A stretch of DNA of 59,884 bases, counting the filler, from Squatina squatina (lineage: Eukaryota), in assembly GCA_031763465.1 (NCBI GenBank). It is 4 parts of 3 records of this genome, joined end to end, with 100 filler letters (N's around TTAATTAATTAA, not from the genome) between each part and the next. Parts side by side here need not be neighbours in the genome. Positions count along the whole stretch, not along the records: positions 15,138 to 31,433 come from JARFOE010000163.1; positions 31,534 to 44,516 come from JARFOE010000013.1; 2 more parts are not named here. One strand, 5' to 3'. Numbering within the stretch: the first letter of the stretch is position 1; every line of letters starts with the position of its first letter. The notes beneath the pieces were generated by a model, which was given only the letters and a program-made list of their open reading frames with translations, was not told the DNA's origin and made no database searches. This document shows, in pieces, positions 24,735 to 36,574 of the stretch. Both the position numbers and the translations under genes were made by a program.

Positions 24735-25380
24735 GTTTATCCAGCTTCCCCTTAAATGTATCTATGCTATTTGCGCTTCTCTCTCTTTTCCCTGAACCCC
24801 TCCACCTCTCTCTCCTCCATTAAGACGCTCCTTAAAACCGACCTCTGTGAGCAAGCACCTCTCCTAATATCTCATGTGCCTCGTTGTCAAATTTTGTTTG
24901 ATAATCGCTCTTGTGAAGCACGTTGGGATGTTTTACAAATCTAAGTTGTTCGTTGTATTCCCTGTGGGTGCGAGTTCCACATTCTCACCACTCTCTGGGT
25001 AAAGACGTTTCTCCTGAATTCCCTATTGGATTTATCAGTGATGATCTTATATTTATGGCCCCTAGATCTGGTCTCCCCTGCAAGTGGAAACATCTTCTCT
25101 ACGTCGACCCTATTGAACCCTTTCATAATTTTAAATACCTCTATTTGGTCCCTCAGCAATATTCCCATTTCCCATGTAGCTGTCTGAAGCTCCTGTGCAG
25201 GTGGTTTGCTGTTTCACAGTGGAAAAACCATGCATGAGTAGAAGTTTGAATGGGCCATGCACCCCCCAAAATTTACAGGGAACATTGCTCCTCAGCCATC
25301 CCTTCTCTAGAGAAAAGAAACCCAGCTTGTTCAGTCTTTCCTTTATAGTTATAACCTCAGCTCTAATATCATCCTTCTAA
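24735..25380. mobile_element. Nested LINE ends: CR1 3' end (-) with an L2 3' tail (+) at ~24780-24950
   Basis: Minus ORF IEVFKIMKGFNRVDVEKMFPLAGETRSRGHKYKI...FTQRVVRMWNSHP is the CR1 ORF2 C-terminus. The L2 tail reads cttaaaaccgacctct...gtgaagcacgttgggatg. Confidence 0.8.
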
Positions 25381-25679
25381 AGAGTATTTCTGATTTTATG
25401 TAATTTTTATTAATGTTTCCTATATATTGAAACTGATGTGCAAAACATGGTATTAATGGTATGCTAAATAAGTCTAGTGAGAGCACCACTGTCGCCACCA
25501 TGTTTATTTAGCATATTGTACTTGTACTCCTGATTCATGACCTCAAACTGCTTGCACTAATACCACCACAGGTATTTCACCTGAATGATTTAGTTGGAAG
25601 AATGACATCTCTAAGTGAATGCTTTTCTTGGTTCGTGTTTGAAAATTTCAGATGCCCCTCATTAGGCTTTACTGAAATC

Positions 25680-26030
25680 CTAGAATCATACAGAACAGAA
25701 GGAGGCCATTAAAATTACATGTGAATCTGTTTCTGCCACCCTTTCTCACAATTCATTCCAGATCAACCATAACTCGCAACTCATCTCCACTCTTGTTCTG
25801 ACGAAGGGTCATCGACCCAAAACGTTGACTTTTTTTCTCTCCACAGATGCTGCCTGACCTGCTGAGTTTTTCCAGCATTTTTTGTTTGTATTCCACTCTT
25901 GTTCCTTTGCCAATTGCTTTAAATCTGTGTCCTCTAGTTACTGACCCTCCTGTCAGTTGAACCAGTTTCTCCATATTTACTAAAAACCTGCCATCATTTT
26001 GAACACCTCTGTTTAAATCTCTGTCAGTTA
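25680..26030 (-). mobile_element. CR1 3' end fragment interrupted by a Penelope-type terminal repeat (25785-25895)
   Basis: Minus strand GSVTRGHRFKAIGKGTR is the CR1 C-terminus. The insert reads ctgacgaagggtcatcgacccaaaacgttgac...cagatgctgcctgacctgctgag. Confidence 0.7.
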
Positions 26031-26367
26031 GGGTGTTTACATGCTCCAACTTTAGTGTTAATGTTAAACCTGAAGTGCAGATTGGATGCCGACTGACTCC
26101 GAAGCAAAGTTAGACACTCATCGCCTTCCTTCCAGCGTCAGATCGGGCCTTGATTCAATCTGCATCTAATTGTAACTGCAGCATCAGCCAACCCAAACCA
26201 CTTTGTGCAAAGCTGTAGTTGGATTCTGAATTCACCCATAGACTGTTGGGAACAAGCCATTTTTCCATGTGCATGTGCATCTTTCAATTACCATGGTTAC
26301 TATTGTTTTCTTGACAGATAGAAAATCAAAGTACTTAAATGAATACTTATCCTCTGTAATTTCCCAG

Positions 26368-26542
26368 CTTTGCCATGATCGTGGATATTTAGTGACACAA
26401 GATGAATTGGATCAGACACTGGAAGAATTTAGGGGTCAGTTTGGAGATAAGCCAAGTGAAGGACGGCCACGCCGTTCTGACCTGACTGTGCTTGTTGCTC
26501 ATAATGATGACCCCACTGATCAGATGTTCGTTTTCTTTCCAG
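26368..26542 (+). CDS. POLR2E: POLR2E (RPB5/RPABC1) exon 2
   Basis: ttcccag|...|gtatcg, 175 bp. Encodes [58 protein letters not shown], nearly identical to RPB5. Confidence 0.97.
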
Positions 26543-27077
26543 GTATCGCAAATTTCATTATTTGGGGTTTTATCTTTTTCCTGTTGGTTTTAGGGTTGAC
26601 TCAATTGTAATCTTCCCCTCCCCTGCCAGTCAGCACTATTATCAATAGCTTGGGGAGGTGGGGAGGGACCTGTGGATATATTAATTGATGCAGATGTCAG
26701 TTCTTAGTTAAGCAACCAGGATTGAATGTGAGAAGGGACATTTGCATCATCTTGATAGTTCTCCATCCTTCCTTAGGCAGAGAGTAACTTTATAACTGGC
26801 CCACCCTTTCCCTAGATTTGCAAGCCTAGAGCTTGAGCTCTCCTCCAGATAGGAACAGCAGTCTGGCCTCACTACCATCCTTCTTCGGGCCCTCCACCCA
26901 TGCTCGAAGTCAACTACTGGGCAACATGATGACAACAACCCAGGAGCAGCTGGCCTGTTAATTAATTGGTGGGGTTGNNNNNNNNNNNNNNNNNNNNNNN
27001 NNNNNNNNNNNNNNNNNNNNNNNNNNNNNNNNNNNNNNNNNNNNNNNNNNNNNNNNNNNNNNNNNNNNNNNNNNNNN

Positions 27078-27215
27078 TAACGCCTGAAGTTTTACCCTAG
27101 CGAATTTTGCAGGAGGTGCAGAATGGCGATTTAACGCCTAAAGAATTTTTACCGCCCCGATAACGCCCTAAGTAGGCGTTAAGCGAATTTCACGCCATGT
27201 CGAATTTCACCCCCT
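27078..27215. mobile_element. End of a Harbinger-type MITE with subterminal TAACGCC repeats
   Basis: Several taacgcc/ggcgtta and cgaatttt motifs ending in gaatttcacccc, a GGGGTGAAATT-type TIR. Confidence 0.5.
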
Positions 27216-27816
27216 AGGTATTGGGGAGGTACTAAATGGTCTCTACTGCAGGTAGAGTTGTGCTTTAGATGAAGTAACATTCAGAATCATTTTATAAAGG
27301 ACAAATCATACCGTGAGTAAGCGTTGCTCTGAAGAGTTACAAAATATTTATGAAGTAAGGAGGAAAATGCCAGTTGTTCCTTAACCAGTTCTATATTTTC
27401 TGGTAGAGAAAAGAGTAATTTTAACTTCTTCAGAAACAATCTTGTAACGATTGAGACCGTTATGTAATCACATACCATATATGGTGTTACACACATGAAT
27501 TTCTGGTTCGAACGATTTTGAAGCCAATATCCACTGACTGTAGAGATTAATTATAGCCTTGATCATTACACCATTTAATCAATGCCTTTCCATTGAATGT
27601 ACTGACTCCAGGTTACTAATATAACTGAGAGAACTGACCTGCGCTACCCTGGTTAAATCTATTAAAAGGAATCAATAAAAATATACTGAAATAATATAAA
27701 AGTTAGATATTGACTTTGTAAGTTACAGAATTCATATATTAAGCGACACAAAGATTTCAAGATAGAGTTAAGCTGCTACTGATAAAAATTCTAGACATTA
27801 GTTACCGCGATTGACC

Positions 27817-28342
27817 TCAATCTGAAATATCAATGATAAGCGGAGTGACAAACTCTGAATGCCTCATTCCCAGAGAGAATGCTGGGACACTTGGCTTATT
27901 GATGGTCACTTTTTCAGGACTATGAGCTCCAGGTCCCGGCTTCTGAGTGTAATAGGTGGGCAAATCATACCGACCCAGCATTGAGTAGGCTGGTAGTTTC
28001 TGCAGGTAAACGTTGGGGTCGGTGCGATTGTACCTGCCAGGCCCTGGGGTTTTGGACAAATCTTCTCCCTTCGTCCTCCCAGTAACCGAGAAACTAGCAC
28101 TGGAAGGCTTGGTAGGAACCTTGGGTCCCATTAGGGACGGAAGAGTATAGCTATTAGGAGCAGGAACTGCATCCAACTTGCGATATCTAGTTCGTGATCC
28201 CATGGAATACGCTGGTGATCTGTGCTCATTGAGGTGAGGTGCATTCTCCGGATTATATGCACCTGGCCCAGGTGTTCCCGGTATCCGCNNNNNNNNNNNN
28301 NNNNNNNNNNNNNNNNNNNNNNNNNNGGTATCCGCGAGATAT
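27817..28342 (-). CDS. ODF3L2: ODF3/ODF3L2 (CIMAP1/SHIPPO family) large last exon
   Basis: Acceptor ggattatttag|. PGP (STPGR) repeats: TPGPGAYNPE...PAPNSYTLP...KTPGPGRY...QKPGPGAHSPEKV...FSLGMRHSEFVTPLIIDISD*. Merging the ggtatccgc duplicated across the gap restores the frame. Confidence 0.85.
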
Positions 28343-30178
28343 CTAAATAATCCAACAAATGAGTATTAACCAGGGAACAAGTCATAACACTATAAAAGCA
28401 ACGGCTCTATTTTAGATAGAAATATTTTTCTTACATTTTTCTTTGTCAGTTTTATTTTCTCTGATTTTCTCCCCTGATTTTTGTTAGGAGAAGACTCCTC
28501 AGGTGCTCTCACTGCTGTGGTACCTTGATCAAGTGAACATTCTTCATACATGCACTTAGACAGTGGATAGGGGCTGGGCACTTGACTGTGAAGGACCTGA
28601 GCCCTTTCCTGTTCTCACCCAACAGCCACAGCTTTTGGCATAGTGGTAGCACAGCCCAGGCAAGTGGAGGCCAGAGCTCCGGCTCTGAATTCTGGGTTCC
28701 CACACAGGGGGATACTTGCGTCCGGTGGGTGTGGGTGGACTCCTTCCATCATATGGGCTGTGGGAGCATGGTTCAACTCTCCTGATGGTCACAGCCTTTC
28801 AGACTGCTAATCAGCCAGAGGATCCTCCCACCACTTCACAGTCTTCTCAGAAGCATGGTCCTAGGTGCATTCTTCACTTGCCTAAACCCGGGGTACTGCA
28901 GCTGATTATATCATGCGAACTGCTGCTCCAGATGAGCTAGGGATAGAGTTTCCATTGGAGTTTCCAGATTGTCCACTGTAACTTTGGCCGATGATTGACG
29001 GAAACAGCACAAACAGCTATTTACATGCTTTTCCACCAATTCTCCAGTTGCGGCTGGAGATCAGGAGAACCCCCATGGAAATTAGTCAGCACAGACCAGG
29101 ATCGCATTAGTTATCAAACCCTGGGGCCTCCTTGGACTGCATGGCTCAGTCCCACACCAGGCGCAATGCATTTACCCACTAACCCCTCAGAGAAACATTG
29201 AGGCAGATTTCCATCCTCCTACTGGGCGGGAATGGGATGGTAGAACAATGAAAATAGCAGCACATCACTTACTACCCCATTTCTACCAACGTGGTCCAGA
29301 TGCTCTGCCAGAAATGGGCGGAAGCCTCATTAGGCCATTCAAATCAGGGACCCATGACATGCAATATTGAGGTACCAATGGGCAGAGCATGCACCGTGTA
29401 TGGAATCCATTGATACTTGGCATTGACAACGGTCAAAGGGACCGCTACAGGCCACTCAAAATAATTTTATAAAAGAGCTTTTATGCGATTTTTGTGGGGC
29501 CAGGAGGAGGATATTGATGCTCCCCCTGGCTCCACAATTACTACCACCAGCAATACTGCCCCAGCAATGTGTTTTATCCGAGTATAGAATTCCAATATCG
29601 TTTTTTTTTTCTAACTTTTTGTACTTCATTTTCTGTTTTACTTTAACTTAGCCAGTGATCCAGGTATTAAAATAAATAAAAGCTCCTTAGAACCAAATAA
29701 TGAGGACACTTTAATGGAGCCTTTGTTTGAAACCTTCTTGCGATTTAAACTATATTTAATTAGAGCTTTTCTCACCAGTGGTTTTTACTCTGCCTAATAT
29801 GGAGTAGGCTGGTGTTCCATTTCTGCCGAATCGTGTGATCTTTGGATCAACATAATACTGAGGTCCTGGGCTGCAGTTGTTGTAATACACTGAAAAGAAA
29901 AAGAAGAGAATTACTTTAAGGCTTTTTTCTCAGCTTACATANNNNNNNNNNNNNNNNNNNNNNNNNNNNNNNNNNNNNNNNNNNNNNNNNNNNNNNNNNN
30001 NNNNNNNNNNNNNNNNNNNNNNNNNNNNNNNNNNNNNNNNNCCCCCCCTTGCTGGAAAGCACATGTGTGTAGACACTGGATGAGGGCAGGTTTTGGAACC
30101 ACTCTGATTGAACAGCCTATCCTCATATAAGAATGGCCATGAAGAGGGCTGCCAATGCCCATCATGAATCTAGGGCTT

Positions 30179-30199
30179 TGAGAGAGAGAGAGAGAGAGA
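30179..30199. repeat. (GA)n microsatellite
   Basis: Direct run of ga dinucleotides. Confidence 0.9.
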
Positions 30200-30784
30200 A
30201 AAAGACAGGGGTTAGGAAATGTTAAAAAAAAATTGAAAAACCATAGGTATATCTATTCCTAGTGCTTCATGTACTGGCTTCAACTATTCAACTATCTTCA
30301 TCTTACACTCACACGGTACAGAAGATTTTGATTGTTCATCAAAGGATCCTTTTCTACCTGTTTTCACGAATTTGTAAGATGCAGATGCCAGTAATCAGTG
30401 TCTGGCCAAGTTGCCCATTGTGTGATATGTCCAAGGCGGCCATTTTTCAGATCCTTTCTTGTTTTTAGGATTTGCCAGTGTGTTACCTGCTCCTGAAGTA
30501 AACCTCTATTGAATTTTAGTACTATGATATTACTTCTGCAAATTGTGATAATGATTTCAAGTTTTGGATTCACCAAATTCATTCACGTTTCAATCAAAAC
30601 AACCCCCAGGTGCAGCCATTGGTATCGTGCTGGACCTGCCTGCCTCAAAGAACTAGCAAACACTTTGAAAGTGTCATGAAGTTGGATTGTAGGTCACGCC
30701 ACCATTAATACAGCCCTTTCTTTATCCCAGCAAAAAGCTTGATTGTGGAAAACTAGACTCTAAAAGCAAATTTGTGATATATGA

Positions 30785-31362
30785 TTAGACAAATTCTGGG
30801 TCCCGATGTTCAAGACCAATGTCTATTTTCCCATGACGCATCCGTACCCATGGCAACTGACTGCGCCGTTCTCTCGCATGCAGTGGCCTCCTGAAATGGA
30901 GAGGCTGCCAAGTATTTCTGTCCACATTATTTGACTGGTTTGTATTAAAATCTGCCAGACTTTTGTTGGAATTAGTCACTTGGTCCAGTTCCTCATCACC
31001 AGCATTTTCCTGCCCGTCATTCTTCAGCTGTCGAGGTGAAGCCGTAGAACATTCATCAGTCTTTTCAGACACTGATCCCTCAGTCTGGGATATGTCAGCA
31101 TTTGAACCCTGAGCCCGACTTTTCTCAGTCTGTTTTGAGACTCTATTGCACTCTTCTTCTGCATTGTCATTGTAGAATGGAGGCTCGTCAGCGCTAGCTA
31201 CGCTCTCCTGTTTTGGCAAATGTCCCTTTCGATTTTTCTTGTCCCCTTCCTCAGATCCTGTCTGTCCAGTACCACATTCAGGTGCCCCATCTTCCAGCTC
31301 ATAGTCAGAATCTAGTGAGCGCTCGCGGGATTCTGAAGACTTTTCTGACCCCAAAGAGTTTT
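30785..31362 (-). CDS. ARHGAP45: ARHGAP45 (HMHA1) last coding exon
   Basis: Acceptor tgtttcag|. Acidic tail containing FNTNQSNNV and ending RDPEFV* (HMHA1 has FNTNQSNNV...RQPEFV). Convergent with POLR2E as in human. Confidence 0.88.
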
Positions 31363-31433
31363 CTGAAACAAGACATATGTAGGTTATTAACATCCCGTTG
31401 ATAGCATGTGCCAACAATATCAGTGAAATCCAC

Positions 31434-31533
31434 NNNNNNNNNNNNNNNNNNNNNNNNNNNNNNNNNNNNNNNNNNNNTTAATTAATTAANNNNNNNNNNN
31501 NNNNNNNNNNNNNNNNNNNNNNNNNNNNNNNNN
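31434..31533. other. Artificial scaffold linker N44-TTAATTAATTAA-N44
   Basis: Same linker as at 15082. Confidence 0.97.
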
Positions 31534-32058
31534 GGAGAAAGCACCCCTGCTCCTCCTGGGCCACAAGCAGCGCTGTAAAGGCACTTACCTTTCCCACAAA
31601 GCTATCCTCGTCACCCTTCGGCTGTCGGGCTTTCTAAGGCTTAGGAAACTCGTCTGGTTAGGGTTAAGTCTAGAAGATAGGTTAAATTTAAGGCACCCAG
31701 ACCCATTATAATATTTAATTGGTCAACCCTCCATCCTACCTCCGTTAAACCCGGAAGTGGGTTGGTTGGAGGCGAATTAGGGTCGGGTTTGTGATTTTTA
31801 AAAACTTTAACATCCTCCCCGCCCACTCCCCCTCCACATACACCGATTTTTTGTGGCTAAAATTACTAACCCCCTCCACTGTCCACCACCTTCCCCCCGC
31901 CCACTCCCCCACCCCCACTACTTCAGATTAATACCAGTCAGTGATAATAAAGTATATTGTTGCCACTAATTTGTTTACCTTAAAACTATTTAAACTCCAG
32001 TGCACCAAGTTGAGAAGAAAAAGTTGCTTGGAAGTAAAGTTATTTTTATAACTGTTAA

Positions 32059-32484
<426 letters not shown>

Positions 32485-32550
32485 TGATTGTGCATTTTAA
32501 CAATGGAGTCTGTCCGTGTCGACTTACAGTTTCACACGTTAAGGCCATAC

Positions 32551-32666
32551 CTGGGTGCTAGCTAGTACCAGACTTTCCACGGGCTGAGGTTCCTTGTAGA
32601 GCTGCATCTCCTCTATGACGTGCACGCTGGATCCAGTGTTCACTACTTTGTGCAGCCATCCGTCAA
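32551..32666 (-). CDS. Class-4 semaphorin (SEMA4G/4C-like) Sema-domain exon, antisense within a CSMD3 intron
   Basis: ctcctgttgtaaag|...CAG|gtatgg, 116 bp, phase 1-0, no stops. Encodes DGWLHKVVNTGSSVHVIEEMQLYKEPQPVESLVLASTQ (SEMA4G has DGWIHKAVVLGSGMHIIEETQVFRESQSVENLVIS). Confidence 0.8.
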
Positions 32667-32922
32667 CTTTACAACAGGAGACATCAGTCACATTAGAGAC
32701 AAACGCACATGGTTCTCTTGCAGCTGAATAATACTTTTGGAGTGAATTTGTAGCAAAGCATGCAGAATAGCAATCTTTTCGCCACAGATTGACCCTGAAT
32801 AATAACACAGGAAGGCTGCAATNNNNNNNNNNNNNNNNNNNNNNNNNNNNNNNNNNNNNNNNNNNNNNNNNNNNNNNNNNNNNNNNNNNNNNNNNNNNNN
32901 NNNNNNNNNNNNNNNNNNNNNN

Positions 32923-33235
32923 CCTCCGAGATCTCTGCACTCCTGCAATGCTGGCCTCTCAGACATTGCTGATTATGATCGCTCCACCATTGGCTGCTGT
33001 GCCTTCAGCTGCCTGGGCCATAGGCTCTGGAATTCCCTCCCTAAACCTCTCCACCTTGCCATCTCTCTCTCTCCCCCTTTAAGCTGATCCTTGAAACCTA
33101 TCTCTTTTTACCAAGCTTTTGGTCCCCTGCCCTAATATCTCCTTATTCTGTTTGCTAACACACTTGTGATGTGCCTTGGGACCTTTTACTATGTTAAAGG
33201 CACTATATAATTACAAGTTGTTGCTGTTGTTATTG
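32923..33235 (+). mobile_element. L2 LINE 3' end
   Basis: gccttcagctgcctgggcc...ctctggaattccctccctaaacc...aaaggcactatataattacaagttgttg, a typical L2 tail. Confidence 0.8.
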
Positions 33236-33490
33236 TTCGTTATTGGGCTGTTAAATCTATCAGTAAAGCTGATGTTCATTGTATGAATGTTGACTGGTTA
33301 TGAAACTAAATTTACAATCATTTTAATAGATATTTAGAAAATTTTAAAATAAAAGTGCATATCAAATTATAAGTGAAACCAATTTCTGCCAGAGATGTGG
33401 CAAAGCCTGCAGCTGTAATTTGGACTAGCCGGTTTCTGACAGTATGATTGCTGCTTTCTTATGTCTCATATGTGTATCTTTCTGCTACAG

Positions 33491-33626
33491 GTCTGAACTC
33501 AACTCATGGTTCAAATTCTCCCAATCAACCACACGGTACTAACAGTAGCTCTGTGGCCATCGCCATCCTTGTGCCTTTTTTTGCTCTTATATTTGCAGGA
33601 TTCGGGTTTTATCTTTATAAACAAAG
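33491..33626 (+). CDS. CSMD3: CSMD3 transmembrane exon
   Basis: tgctacag|...|gttggt. Encodes NQPHGTNSSSVAIAILVPFFALIFAGFGFYLYKQR. Confidence 0.95.
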
Positions 33627-34008
33627 GTTGGTAACATCTAACATTTCTCTAATAATTATAAATCAATTTTAACTAAATATTCAAAAGTAACAGTGTTCAT
33701 ATCATTATTATTATTGCCAAAGGATGATAGCATGAGCTAAATGGATGCTACTAAGACTAGCCTCTTTGAAAATCTGTATTTAGCATCCAATTTTGGTCCA
33801 GTTCCTAATTACCATAATTTGAACTTGACTGGGGGTTCTAAACCAGAAACCTGCTGGTTTAGCACTCAAGCGCTGATTAGACGCTATTCTCATGGAGCAG
33901 TATCTGTGGGCNNNNNNNNNNGTGGGCTCCTCACACCCACTTCTACTGAAGGTGTAGAGTGCTCTGGCCTGGCACAGAGCAGCATATTGCGGGATAGCTC
34001 AGGGACCA

Positions 34009-34110
34009 AGGGAGAGGGCACTCAGGTTTGCGGATGCAGCACTGGAGGTCCTGGTGGAGAAGGTCCAGAGGAGGAGTAATGTCCTGTACCACAGTGGGGG
34101 GAAGAATGCC
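34009..34110 (+). pseudogene. Harbinger Myb/SANT-like DNA-binding protein N-terminal relic
   Basis: RERALRFADAALEVLVEKVQRRSNVLY matches the RAPRFSDxxLExLVxxV motif of Harbinger Myb-like proteins (NAIF1/MSANTD class). Confidence 0.7.
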
Positions 34111-34305
34111 ACCTCGCCCTCCTGCCCCTCTCTCCTGCAGTAGCTGGTGCTGCAATACCTGGCCTCATGTCCTCCTCCAATTCCTTGTCCAGACCAAGGG
34201 GGACCCCTAGCAAGATGCCCATAACCAATCATTCCCTTTCTTCTGGNNNNNNNNNNNNNNNNNNNCAGAGAAATTATGGAATAATTATTGCTGGGGTAGT
34301 GGTGA

Positions 34306-34818
34306 AGTCTTGACAAAGTGTTCCAGAAAACCTGATGTGTTTCAGAGGTCCTCTTCATAGCTCCAGCAGCAAGTGAACATGAAATGGTGAATATCCTTGC
34401 TTGAAATCCACATCAACACCTTGCTTACTCCCAATCAGTGGATCGCTGTTCGGAGAGGGCATTAGGATAAGTGCTAACGACCAAAATGCCGTACAGCTTC
34501 CTTAATGAGCACTAGCAGCCCCTTAATGAGCTTCCGGACGGCCGTTCCTAGTGCAGCTTCAACTCTGGGCTAGTATGCTTGAGGCCTTCCGCAACCGGTG
34601 GGCACCAGGGGGACTGGAGTGCATCCTCACGGGAGACAATCAGGTTTTAATTTAACACCGGGGTTTTTGTTCAGTTTTGGTTTTTAGTTTAATTTGTTAA
34701 TTGTATTTGTTAATTGTATTATATGTTAGCTCAAAAGAGCAACTGCGGGCTAAACCGACATTTCAGCTCAAGACCTCGGAGGGTTGTTAGCACCTGAACG
34801 TGCTGCCGAAATTCGCCC
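34306..34818. mobile_element. Harbinger-type element terminal portion, copy 1
   Basis: Homologous to 35758-36167. Ends in gctgccgaaattcgccc, a GGGCGAATTTC-type TIR. Confidence 0.6.
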
Positions 34819-35757
34819 GTTCATGTGAAATATTTCTGTTCAAATGTTAACTGACCCGCTATGCAGTTCCAGTACTTTCCATTTTTATTTGAAATCCTTT
34901 AAAATTATGTTTGATGAAATGAAATTGTTTTGCTTTTCCATTCACTGGCATCAGTCAAATCTCCATTCAATTAAACAGAAACTGGTTGAACCCATTTCAC
35001 TTGTGACCCTTAAAGAGTTTTTCAAGAATTTTATCAGATGTGCAAAAATACATGTACGATTATGCGATTAGTGGCATTAAGATACCATCACAACTACAGA
35101 TTGTGCCTGTTTTTATACACATCATAACTTAAGAAAACTGCTTTTGAAAAATATGTCTGTAGCCTGAAAGCACCTGAACAGGGAATGGGTGGGCTTTGAA
35201 CTGGGTTTCTGAAGCTACCTATTATGCCCTGTATCCAGCCCTGCAGCAAGAACGCATTTAACTTAAAGTAACCAAGGAAGTAGCTGGAGTAATCAGACCA
35301 CACAATGACATGTGTTGGTTTAAGTTTAACAGAATGTCCTGTCCATTGAACTCCTGTGGTCAGGCTGTTGACAAGACTCACAAATCAACACGGCAGGTAA
35401 CGACCATGGTTCCGCCGAGTCTGGATCGGTTCCCTCATCCTTTGGGCATGTTAATATTAAAATTGTTGCTGGAGTAAAATCCACTTGCCAACCTTTCAGA
35501 ATGCTGATATTCCCCATTTGTGTAATAATGGTTAACACACAACGGAATGAGGACATGTATGATAACGGCAGAAACAGACATGATTAAGATGGTACAAACC
35601 AAAGGGCGGGCTTGCATTAATCAATTGTCAAGGGTATTNNNNNNNNNNNNNNNNNNNNNNNNNNNNNNNNNNNNNNNNNNNNNNNNNNNNNNNNNNNNNN
35701 NNNNNNNNNNNNNNNNNNNNNNNNNNNNNNNNNNNNNNTGTTGCTAGACTGTTAATG

Positions 35758-36167
35758 AAGTCTTGACAAAGTGTCCCAGAAAGTCTCCCGATGTGTTTCA
35801 GAGGTCCTCATCACAACTCTAGCTGCAGCTGAACATGAAATGCTGATATCCCTTTAAATAGTGCTTGAAATCGACATTAACACCATGTTTACTCCCAAAC
35901 AGCTGGTTGCTGCGAGGAGAGGGCGTTAGGACAAGCGTGAGCCACCAAAATGCCATGGAGTCTTAGTAATGAATGCAAGCCGGCAGTTGAAGTGGCAGTC
36001 AGCTCTTTAACGAGCCTCTGGGAGGCTGTTCTTAGCATAAGCTCCAACTCCTTTACCAAGTTGGCATCTTGTGCTACACACAGGCCAAACCAGCACTTCA
36101 GGTCAAGACCCCATCTTGGCCACCTTGGAGGATCTTTAGTGCCTGAATGTGCTGCCGAAAATCCCCC
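35758..36167. mobile_element. Harbinger-type element terminal portion, copy 2
   Basis: aagtcttgacaaagtg...gatgtgtttcagaggtcctc...gctgccgaaaatcccc parallels 34306-34818. Confidence 0.6.
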
Positions 36168-36574
36168 TCCAAAATACCAAACCCTGTGTTTTAAAGCACA
36201 TATAACTTTTCTACCATGACTAATAATAAGTGGCTGATTAGTAATTAAATAAACCTCATTAACAAGATCATACCTCAATTAACTTTGCAAAACTGTAAAA
36301 TCATCAATGTAATTACATATAATTTTGTTCAATGAGACTAATTATTGATAATACCTTATGGCTAAAGTCACAACCACTTACAGTTAGTTCTCTTGCATAG
36401 CAATAAGCAAGGGGACAAATTACAGAATAGTGCTGTAATCTCCTGATAATAACATTTATTGAATATATCAGATGTATTCATTTCAATAGAACTAAAAAAT
36501 ATATCATTGTAAGAATCTGGTTTTATGCACATTTCTAAGTATTACTTTGTATTGAGAAACTGTATTGTAAAATA

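Noticed and set aside
28488-28940. GC-richer segment after an AG acceptor, with several short ORFs
   Set aside because: All three plus frames stop soon after the acceptor and no domain is recognisable.
35333-35396. 64-bp AG/GT-bounded segment in the last CSMD3 intron
   Set aside because: It would shift the CSMD3 frame and has no homology to known CSMD exons, so it is probably chance.
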